DNA of 14,710 nt from Myxococcota bacterium (GTDB lineage Bacteria; Myxococcota_A; Polyangia; Polyangiales; Sandaracinaceae). Where the stretch lies: assembly GCA_036149055.1 (NCBI GenBank), contig JAYZQJ010000006.1:1-14710 (forward strand), in the 5' to 3' direction. Every line of letters starts with the position of its first letter. The first letter of the stretch is position 1. Below, piece after piece: positions 1 through 7,070 of this stretch. The notes below the pieces were generated by a model. The model saw nothing but the letters and a program-made list of their open reading frames with translations. It ran no database searches and had not been told where the DNA came from. Position numbers and translations under genes: made by a program.

Positions 1-68
1 TTTCCCGCGCTTTAGTATAAACTATTCGTCCCCCCACGGGGGGATGAAGGGCGTGCAACCGGCGAGGG

Positions 69-106
69 AAAAATAACGGCCGCCGGGAGCGTGTGGCGGC
101 GGCCGT
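69..106 (-). terminator. Intrinsic terminator downstream of the 124..933 lipoprotein gene
   Basis: Perfect 10-bp inverted repeat ACGGCCGCCG (76-85) / CGGCGGCCGT (97-106) with an 11-nt loop, followed on the minus strand by TATTTTT (75-69). Lies 17 nt past the stop codon. Confidence 0.7.
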
Positions 107-123
107 CGGCGAGCGCGGTCGGC

Positions 124-933
124 TCAGCCCTGGCGGCAGTTGACCGTGATGCGGTGGTCGCCGCGGTGCAGCCAGTCCCACACGCGGATCACGTAGGTGC
201 CGGGCTGGAGCTGGCGGGTGATGGAGGCGTCGTTGCGGCCGGGGCCGCTGTCGTCGTCCTCCTCGAGGAGCTGACCGTTCTGGATCAGCGCCATCTTCGG
301 GTCCTTGTTGTTGTCCGCCGACGCGGTGCAGGTGTACTGGCCGGCCGCGGTCACGTTGAGGGTGAGGGCGCGGGACGCGTCGCGGTCGTTGCGCGGACGC
401 TCGAGGATCGGGAAGTCGGGGATGGTGACCACGGACGGGGTGCCGAGGGTGATCGCGCCGACGGGGGTGAGGGGCTGGAGCCGCTGGGCCGCCATCTGCG
501 CGGTGAAGGGGCGCGCGCGGAGATCGGTGACGCGCACCGAGTAGGTCCCGGGCTCCATGAAGCGGACGAGGCGCGAGTTGAGGCCGTCGCCGCCGTCGTC
601 GTCCTGATCGACGAGGGTGTCACCCTGGTAGAGGTAGACCTTGGGGTCGGCGCCGCTGCCCGCGGTGACGTCGATCTGGTACTCGCCGTTCTCGGCGACG
701 GTGAAGTTCATGCTCGGCGGGATCGGCACCTGGAGGGAAGCCGGCGGCTGCCCGATCTGGAGCGTGCCCGGGGTGGCGCCGGCCGCGCCCGGCTGCGCCG
801 CCGCGACGCCCTGCGCCTCGGTGGTCGTGCCTTCCCCTTCGGAGTCGTCGTCGTCCCCCCCGCACGCGATGATCGCGCCGAGGAGCGCGAAGGCCGCAAA
901 CATGCGGGTGGCCTTGATCAGCTTCGTCTTCAT
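124..933 (-). CDS. Lipoprotein with two tandem PPC (pre-peptidase C-terminal)-like beta-sandwich domains, 269 aa
   Basis: Start moved from 1020 to ATG 933, which has GGAGA just upstream. N-terminus MKTKLIKATRMFAAFALLGAIIA-C is a lipoprotein signal. Two similar repeats, DPKVYLY..DQDDDGGDGLNSRL..PGTYSVRV and DPKMALI..EEDDDSGPGRNDASI..PGTYVIRV, fit PPC/DVUA0089-like domains. Confidence 0.8.
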   Translation of the reverse strand: MKTKLIKATRMFAAFALLGAIIACGGDDDDSEGEGTTTEAQGVAAAQPGAAGATPGTLQIGQPPASLQVPIPPSMNFTVAENGEYQIDVTAGSGADPKVYLYQGDTLVDQDDDGGDGLNSRLVRFMEPGTYSVRVTDLRARPFTAQMAAQRLQPLTPVGAITLGTPSVVTIPDFPILERPRNDRDASRALTLNVTAAGQYTCTASADNNKDPKMALIQNGQLLEEDDDSGPGRNDASITRQLQPGTYVIRVWDWLHRGDHRITVNCRQG

Positions 934-1005
934 TCCATCTCCTGAGTTGTCTCGACGGGGTCTCGACCGCAGAGGCGGCGCCTCCCCCCAAGCCGAATGG
1001 GGCGG

Positions 1006-1014
1006 AATGTACCA
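1006..1014 (-). promoter_or_regulatory. Candidate extended -10 element (TGGTACATT) for the 124..933 gene
   Basis: Matches TGnTAnnnT about 70 nt upstream of the ATG. No clear -35 seen. Confidence 0.35.
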
Positions 1015-1139
1015 GCGCATGCCGGGATCCCGAACCCCTTCCGTGGCCCATCGGCCTTACCCCGAGCGAACACAGCAGCTGGGGTGCCAGCCGATGGTTT
1101 CCGCCAACTACGCCAGCCACGGCCAAGAGATCCCTCACG

Positions 1140-1189
1140 GTCACACCGGGCCGTGTCCGATGTCACAGGTCGGGGAGTGGGGTGTCACG
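1140..1189. promoter_or_regulatory. Three GTCAC(A/G) direct repeats at 22-bp period in the divergent intergenic region
   Basis: GTCACA 1140-1145, GTCACA 1162-1167, GTCACG 1184-1189. Confidence 0.35.
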
Positions 1190-1244
1190 GCCTCGCGTCG
1201 TCGAGTTCCTGAATCCCGGCGCGAGTTGGGGCATACTCCCGCGC

Positions 1245-2201
1245 GTGCGGTGGAAGTGGCTCGCATTCGCGGGGTTGGTGGCGAACCTCGCCCTCGGCCC
1301 GGTGGCCTCGGCGCAGGACGTTCAGGCCGCGGCCGCCGCGTTCGGCCGAGGCCAGCAGGCGCAGCTGCGCGGTGACTACGCCCGTGCCGCCGAGATGTTC
1401 GAGCTGGCCGATCGCGCGGCCCCGAGCCCCGAGGCGCTCCGGAGCGCGATCCGAAACCACGTGCAGGCCGGCCACGCGGCCCGCGCCGCCACGCTCTCCA
1501 CCCACGCGCTGGAGCGCTACCCGGACGACGAGGCGACCCGGACCCTCGCCGAGCAGACCCTCGCCGAGGCCGCCGAGACGCTCGCGCGGCTCACGGTGCG
1601 CTGCGATCCGGCCTGCGCGCTGACGGTGGACGGACGCGCGGTCGGCCTCGAGGCGCGCGAGGAGACCACGATCTTCGTCGATCCCGGCGAGCGCGCGGTG
1701 CAGGCCACCTGGTCGGACCTCGAGCCGGCCCGGGGCACGGTCACCGCGGTCGCGGGCGAGAGCGCGCGCCTCGCGCTCGAGGGGCGGGCGGCGGAGCCCG
1801 AGCCGGAGCCGGTGGAGGTCGCCGCGGTGGAGGTCGATCCGCCCGCCGATCCCGAGCCGGCGCCGCCCGCGGCCCCTCCCGGCGGCGGCGGCATCACCCC
1901 GGTGGTGTTCTTCGTCGGCGCGGGGCTCACCGCCCTCGGCGCCGGGCTCTCGGTCTGGTCCGGGCTCGAGACCCTGTCGGCCCGCGACGCCTACGTGGAG
2001 AGCCCCACGCGGGCCGGCTACGAGAACGGCGTGGGCCTCGAGACCCGCACCAACGTCCTGCTGTTCAGCACCCTCGGGCTCGCCGCCGTCACCGCGGTGC
2101 TCGCCATCTTCACCGACTGGGACGACGACTCCGCCGACGTGTCGCTCACGGTCTCTCCGCACGGCGCGTTCGCGTCGTTCTCGATGGAGCTCGACCGATG
2201 A
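1245..2201 (+). CDS. Exported TPR-like + PEGA-like domain protein with C-terminal hydrophobic segments, about 318 aa
   Basis: Likely start GTG 1245 (ORF is open from 1182), giving a signal peptide ending ASA-QD. TPR-like helices (AAFGRGQQAQLRGDYARAAEMFELADRAAPSP), PEGA-like strand run (LARLTVRCDPACALTVDG..VDPGERAVQA), Pro-rich linker, two hydrophobic segments and a terminal beta-like tail. Its stop overlaps the next start (ATGA). Confidence 0.75.
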   Translation: MRWKWLAFAGLVANLALGPVASAQDVQAAAAAFGRGQQAQLRGDYARAAEMFELADRAAPSPEALRSAIRNHVQAGHAARAATLSTHALERYPDDEATRTLAEQTLAEAAETLARLTVRCDPACALTVDGRAVGLEAREETTIFVDPGERAVQATWSDLEPARGTVTAVAGESARLALEGRAAEPEPEPVEVAAVEVDPPADPEPAPPAAPPGGGGITPVVFFVGAGLTALGAGLSVWSGLETLSARDAYVESPTRAGYENGVGLETRTNVLLFSTLGLAAVTAVLAIFTDWDDDSADVSLTVSPHGAFASFSMELDR

Positions 2202-3868
2202 CCGAGGCGCCGGTCGAGGAGGAGGAGGCGGAGGTCACGCACCCGCGCCGCATGCTCGACCGCTACGAGGTCGTGGCGGAGATCGCGCGCGGCGGCATGG
2301 GCACGGTGCTCCTGGCCCGGCTCGCCGGGGCCGGCGGCTTCGAGCGCCTGATGGCGATCAAGCTGATGCACGAGCACCTCGCGGAGGACGAGGCCTTCGT
2401 CACGATGCTGCTCGACGAGGCCCGGACGGCGGCGAACATCCACCACCCGAACGCGGTGGGCATCGTGGACGTCGCCGAGAGCGCGCTCGGCTACTACCTC
2501 GTGATGAGCTACGTCGAGGGCTTCACCCTCGCCGATCTGGTTGGCCACCCCGACCTGAGCGACCGCGAGCGGATCCGGCTCGGCCTGCGCTGCCTCGTCG
2601 ACGCCTGCCAGGGGCTCCACGCCGCTCACACCACGCGGAACGCGCGCGGCGAGGCCCTCGAGATCGTGCATCGCGACGTGTCCCCCCAGAACGTGCTCGT
2701 CGGGCTCGACGGGGTGGGGCGGATCGTGGACTTCGGGATCGCCCTGGCGGCCTCGCGGGTCGCCGCCTCCCGCCCCGGGGTGCTCAAGGGCAAGCCCTCC
2801 TACATGGCGCCCGAGCAGGCGCAGGGGCACGCGTGCGACGCCCGGGCCGACGTCTTCACGCTCGGCATCATCCTCTGGGAGATCCTCTGCGGCCGTCGGC
2901 TGTTCCAGGCGGAGGTCGACGTGGCCACCCTGCTGCAGGTGATGACGGCCGAGATCGCGCCGCCCTCGAGCGAGCAGCCCCTGGCGACCGAGGCCCTCGA
3001 CCGGGTGGCGATGAAGGCGCTCGAGCGCGACCTCGACGCCCGCTACCGCGACGCGCGGACCCTCGGGAAGGAGCTCGAGGCGGCGGCGGCCGAGGTCGAC
3101 CTCATCGCGACGACCCACGAGGTGGCGGACGCGCTCGCCGAGCACTTCGCCGAGCGCATCGAGGCCAAGCGGGACGCGATCCGGCACCACCTCTCGAGCT
3201 CCGCCGGCGAGCCCAAGCCGCTCGAGCCCGGTCAGCTCCAGCTGATCCCGAAGCTCCACGACCTCGGGCCCTCGCCGCGCTCCGGCGCGGTGGTCACCCG
3301 GGAGACCCACAGCGGCGTGCGCGACGTCGATCCGCACGCCCGCACCGGGGTGAGCGCGCCGCCGCCCGAGCTCGAGACCCGGGCGGCCAGGCCGTCGGGC
3401 GCGACGCCGCGGGTGGCGCCGGAGCCGGTCGTCGAGGACGCGCCGTCGCCGTCTTCGCCGCCGCGCTGGCTGTGGATCGCGGTGGCCGCGTGTCTCCTCG
3501 CGGTGGTCGGCGCGTGGCTGGCGCTCAGGCCCTGGGAGCCGGAGGTCCAGGCCGCGGTGGACGAGCCAGTGGCCGAGACCGAGTCCACCGAGTCCGAAGC
3601 CGAGGCCGAAGCCGTGGCCGAAGCCCTCGCCGAGCCCGAAGCCGTGGCCGAAGCCGAAGCCGAGTCCGAAGCCGTGGCCGAGTCCGAAGCCGAGTCCGAA
3701 GCCGAGGCCGAGGCCGAAGCCGAAGCCGAGTCCGAAGCCGAGGCCGAGGCGCCGGCTCGGGGCGCGCCTCGAGCTCGTCCGCGGCCCACGCGGCCGGCGC
3801 CGGATGAGCCGGAGGCGCCTGCGCCGAGCGGGCCGACCCTCGAGACCAACCCCTACGTGACCCGCTGA
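2198..3868 (+). CDS. Membrane-anchored Hanks-type (eukaryotic-like) Ser/Thr protein kinase, 556 aa
   Basis: Catalytic motifs intact: [12 protein letters not shown], alphaC Glu (DEAR), [26 protein letters not shown]. One TM helix [20 protein letters not shown], then an acidic/Pro-rich tail ending LETNPYVTR. Confidence 0.95.
   Translation: MTEAPVEEEEAEVTHPRRMLDRYEVVAEIARGGMGTVLLARLAGAGGFERLMAIKLMHEHLAEDEAFVTMLLDEARTAANIHHPNAVGIVDVAESALGYYLVMSYVEGFTLADLVGHPDLSDRERIRLGLRCLVDACQGLHAAHTTRNARGEALEIVHRDVSPQNVLVGLDGVGRIVDFGIALAASRVAASRPGVLKGKPSYMAPEQAQGHACDARADVFTLGIILWEILCGRRLFQAEVDVATLLQVMTAEIAPPSSEQPLATEALDRVAMKALERDLDARYRDARTLGKELEAAAAEVDLIATTHEVADALAEHFAERIEAKRDAIRHHLSSSAGEPKPLEPGQLQLIPKLHDLGPSPRSGAVVTRETHSGVRDVDPHARTGVSAPPPELETRAARPSGATPRVAPEPVVEDAPSPSSPPRWLWIAVAACLLAVVGAWLALRPWEPEVQAAVDEPVAETESTESEAEAEAVAEALAEPEAVAEAEAESEAVAESEAESEAEAEAEAEAESEAEAEAPARGAPRARPRPTRPAPDEPEAPAPSGPTLETNPYVTR
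3572..3751 (+). repeat. Imperfect hexamer tandem repeat (GCCGAG/GCCGAA/TCCGAA) encoding a Glu-Ala/Ser tract in the kinase
   Basis: About 180 nt of hexamer variants with recurring GAGTCCGAAGCC units, translating as [60 protein letters not shown]. Confidence 0.85.
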
Positions 3869-4905
3869 TGCGCGAAACCTTCGTCGTCGCCCTCGCCTTA
3901 TGCGCCACCGGCTGCTTCGTCTTCGACGAGGGCCTCTACCAGTCCGTCCCGCACGTGGACGGGGAGCTCGCCGAGGTCTGCGGGGCCACCGCGCCGCTCC
4001 TCTACTTCCCGGAGGGCGCGCAGACGCACGGCTTCGACGTCGACACGCGCGGCTTCGCCGACAACGCGCGCGAGGTCAGCGGGTGCACCGGCCGCGTGCA
4101 GCGCGGGCCGGACCTCTTCCTCTCCATCGACGCGCGCCGCGGGGAGCACTGGCACTTCCACGTCGACGTCGACCCGTTCGACGGCCGGGCGACCGCCAAC
4201 CCGTCGATCTACGTGCTCGACGACTGCGACGAGCGCGCGTGCTCGGACGGCGACGGGCTCGATCGCTGCGACGCCGGATCCGACGAGCACTTCACCTTCA
4301 TCCCGCCCGCCGACGACAGCTACGTGGTCGGCTTCGACTCGCCGGACGAGACGGGGTTCGAGGGCCGGGTGCTCGCGTTCCGCACCGTCTGCGGGGACGG
4401 CAGCCAAGACCACAGCGAGAACTGCGACGACGGCAACACCGAGAGCGGCGACGGCTGCAGCGCGGAGTGCTTCACCGAGCTGACCGGGACGACGCCGGCC
4501 GAGGTCGAGGTCAACGACGACGTCTACAGCGCCAACCTCGTGGTGATGGGGCTCGGCGACACCGTGAACGTGCGCGGCGGCCTCGACAGCATCTGCGAGG
4601 TCGACGTGTTCGCGGTCGAGGTCCCCGCCGGCGCGTCGCTCTTCGCCGGCCTCACCGACGGCTCCGGCGCGTGCCCCGCGCAGCTCGAGGGCGCCACCCT
4701 CGAGCTGATCGAGCTCACCGGCGCCGGCCCGGCCCCGCGCGTCTCGGCGGCGGGCGGCGGCGGCGCGTGCGCGGCCATCGACGAGACCGACGCGCTCGCC
4801 ACCGACCTCGACGCCGGCACCTACTTCATCCGCGTCACCTCGCTCCGCGAGCGCCCGGACGCGACCTCGTACCGCCTCGCCCTCTCCCTCGTCGCCGGCG
4901 GCTGA
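3868..4905 (+). CDS. Lipoprotein with a Myxococcus-type cysteine-rich repeat (DUF4215-like) between two PPC-like domains, 345 aa
   Basis: Lipobox ALALCATG-C. Repeat CGDGSQDHSENCDDGNTESGDGCSAEC at 4390-4470. EVEVNDD..A and LDAGTYFIRV..YRL are PPC-like. TGATG overlap with the kinase stop. Confidence 0.85.
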   Translation: MRETFVVALALCATGCFVFDEGLYQSVPHVDGELAEVCGATAPLLYFPEGAQTHGFDVDTRGFADNAREVSGCTGRVQRGPDLFLSIDARRGEHWHFHVDVDPFDGRATANPSIYVLDDCDERACSDGDGLDRCDAGSDEHFTFIPPADDSYVVGFDSPDETGFEGRVLAFRTVCGDGSQDHSENCDDGNTESGDGCSAECFTELTGTTPAEVEVNDDVYSANLVVMGLGDTVNVRGGLDSICEVDVFAVEVPAGASLFAGLTDGSGACPAQLEGATLELIELTGAGPAPRVSAAGGGGACAAIDETDALATDLDAGTYFIRVTSLRERPDATSYRLALSLVAGG

Positions 4906-6468
4906 TCACGGGCACTCGAGGGACTCCTCGAGGTTCGACCAGCCGTCGCCGTCCCGGTCCTCCCAGGCGTCCGCCGGGTCCGTGGGGTCGAGGCCGCGAC
5001 GGGTCTCCCAGGCGTCCGGCATGCCGTCGGCGTCCGCGTCCGGCAGCGGCGCGCCGCTCGCGAGCTCGGGCCAGCCGCCGACCTCCGACGGGTGATCGAT
5101 GAGGCGGCCGGTGCCGCTCCGGATGTCCTCGACGACGCGCGCGTCCACCGCGTCGCGGAGCGGGCGCGACGCGCCGACGGTCGGCAGGAGGCGGTCGACG
5201 AGCTCGGCGGCCGGGATGGGCTCGGCGGGCGCGTCGCTCATCTCGAACGGCGTGAGCGCCCGGACGCTCTCCGGCAGCGGCGAGCCGTTGTAGTCGCCGC
5301 CGTGCACGCCGCCCCAGCCCATGACGGCCCAGTCGTCGCTCGGATCGGCGCGCGGGGTGAGGTTGTCGCGCACGTAGATGGACTCCGGGACGAGCGGCCC
5401 GCCGTCGCTGCCAGACACGATCACCTGGTAGCGCGAGGGGCGATGCATGGGCCCCGCGAGGTAGACGTTGCCGACGAAGTTGACGCGCGTGCCCTCCGAC
5501 AGCGCCATGGCGGCGCCGACCTGGTAGCCGTTGTAGCCGACGTTGTTGATCAGCTCGTAGGGGTGGGCGCACCCCATGAGCGGGTTTCGATCGTCGTTGT
5601 GCGCGAAGACGTTCCGGACCAGCGAGACCCGCGCGTTGTCCGGGCCGGCGATGAAGCCCTTCGAGTGCGGCAGCCCGTAGGTGTGCGTCGAATCGAACAG
5701 CGCCTCCGAGATCAGGTTGTCCTGCACCGTGATGTCGCTGGCGTCGTACCAGAGGTTCACGTTCTCATCGACGGCCCAGCTGAAGCTGTTGTTGGCGAGC
5801 ACGATGTTGCGGCCGGCGGTCACGGTGATGGCGTCCACCGAGTTCGAAGGCTCGGTCGACGGGCCCGGGCGCACCCGGAGGTAGCGGATGACGACCTCGT
5901 CGGCGCTGCTGAGGATGGCCGGCGTGTTCACGTGATCTGCGGTGCGCAGCGCGATGCCGCCGCCGGGCGCGGTCTGGCCCGCGACGGTCACGTGAGGCTC
6001 GGTGATCCGGAGGCTGCTCTCGAGCAGGATCGTGCCCGACACCGCGAACACCACCACCCGCGGTCCGCTCGCGGAGAGCGCCTCCCGGAGCGAGCCGGGG
6101 CCGTCGTCGGCGAGCGTGTCGACGACGATCACGCGGCCGCCTCGACCGCCGCGCGCGCCGGCTCCGAAGCCGACCGCGCCCGGGAAAGCGCGCACCGGGC
6201 CGAGCTCCCGACAGACCTCCACCCCCGCGTCGCCCGCGCGGGCGCCGGCGTCCGCGCCCTCGCCCCCGTCGGCCCGCGCCGTCCCCGCGTCGAGCGGCGC
6301 GTCGCACTCGCACGCGGAGTAGGCGTCGCCGGACGCCGCGCAGACCTGCGCGCCCTCGCGGCCGGGCTCGCACAGGCAGGCTCGGGTCTCGTTGGGGACG
6401 CAGGTGGCGGGCTCGGGCTCGCAGGCGGCGACGAGCAGGCCGATGGCGAGGAGTGAGGTGGCGCGCAT
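4906..6468 (-). CDS. Pectate lyase-like (polysaccharide lyase family 1) beta-helix lipoprotein, 520 aa
   Basis: Lipobox LLVAA-C, then a Cys-rich module. PL1 signatures AFPGAVGFGAGARGGRGG..DDGPGSLREA, TVAGQTAPGGGI, VIRYLRVRPG, DAI, SWAVDE, HNDDRNP, and acidic C-terminal repeats DADADGMPDAWE..DRDGDGWSNLEE. Confidence 0.88.
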   Translation of the reverse strand: MRATSLLAIGLLVAACEPEPATCVPNETRACLCEPGREGAQVCAASGDAYSACECDAPLDAGTARADGGEGADAGARAGDAGVEVCRELGPVRAFPGAVGFGAGARGGRGGRVIVVDTLADDGPGSLREALSASGPRVVVFAVSGTILLESSLRITEPHVTVAGQTAPGGGIALRTADHVNTPAILSSADEVVIRYLRVRPGPSTEPSNSVDAITVTAGRNIVLANNSFSWAVDENVNLWYDASDITVQDNLISEALFDSTHTYGLPHSKGFIAGPDNARVSLVRNVFAHNDDRNPLMGCAHPYELINNVGYNGYQVGAAMALSEGTRVNFVGNVYLAGPMHRPSRYQVIVSGSDGGPLVPESIYVRDNLTPRADPSDDWAVMGWGGVHGGDYNGSPLPESVRALTPFEMSDAPAEPIPAAELVDRLLPTVGASRPLRDAVDARVVEDIRSGTGRLIDHPSEVGGWPELASGAPLPDADADGMPDAWETRRGLDPTDPADAWEDRDGDGWSNLEESLECP

Positions 6469-6529
6469 GCCCCACGCTACGAGGCGTTCGGCGTCCGGAC
6501 GAAGCGGGAATCGTACGGTGTACGGTGGG

Positions 6530-7057
6530 TCAGCGGGCGAACCGCTCGAACGCCTCGGCGAGGGCGCGGCGGAGGGCGGCGACGCGCGCGCCGTCGGGGT
6601 GGTCGTCGAGCTCGTCGCCCAGCTCCAGGCAGACGTAGGTCAGGCAGATCGTCGGTCGCTCGACGGGCGACAGCGCGCAGCCCTCGCGGCCTCGGAAGGC
6701 GCAGCCGCCGCCGTCCACCCCGTCCGCGGCCGGGGCGCGCGGGGCCTCGCGTCCGGCCGCGCGCAGCGCGCGCACCTCCGCCTGGCTGAAGACCTCCAGG
6801 GTCGAGGTGCCGCAGCAGCGGCCGCCCTCGAAGACGCCGGCCGGCGGCGCGCAGCCCTCGGCGCATCCGGCGCAGGCGCGCACGCCGTCGAAGGCCTCGG
6901 CGAGCTGCCGCTTCAGGGCCTCGAGGCGCTCCGCCTGGGCGCGCTTCGACGCGCCGGCCGCGCGGCGCGAGGGCTGCGCGCTGAAGCGGGCGCGGAGGCG
7001 CCGCAGGTCGGCGTCGCGGGGGCCGGGACGGAGCAGGCGCGAGAGGGGCACGAGCAC
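6530..7057 (-). CDS. Cysteine-cluster protein, YkgJ / CxxCxxCC (Zn or Fe-S chelating)-like, 175 aa
   Basis: CAGCAEGC..GRCCG and GCAFRGREGCALSPVERPTICLTYVC resemble the YkgJ-family pattern C..C..RP..C. Fills the gap between co-directional genes. GTG start with CATACT 6 nt upstream. Confidence 0.65.
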   Translation of the reverse strand: MLVPLSRLLRPGPRDADLRRLRARFSAQPSRRAAGASKRAQAERLEALKRQLAEAFDGVRACAGCAEGCAPPAGVFEGGRCCGTSTLEVFSQAEVRALRAAGREAPRAPAADGVDGGGCAFRGREGCALSPVERPTICLTYVCLELGDELDDHPDGARVAALRRALAEAFERFAR

Positions 7058-7070
7058 GAGGGCAGTATGG

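Noticed and set aside
22..50. Hairpin ending GGGGATGAA that resembles a type I-E CRISPR repeat
   Set aside because: Single copy, no spacer-repeat periodicity and no cas genes in the window.
91..945. 284-aa plus-strand ORF
   Set aside because: Antisense shadow of the PPC lipoprotein gene with no recognisable motifs. Long shadow ORFs are expected at this GC content.
934..1020. N-terminal extension of the 124..1020 ORF
   Set aside because: The RBS and lipoprotein signal peptide fit ATG 933.
3232..3849. Minus-strand Ser-Ala repeat ORF resembling a serine-rich adhesin
   Set aside because: It is the reverse reading of the kinase Glu-Ala repeat, with no signal peptide or other support.
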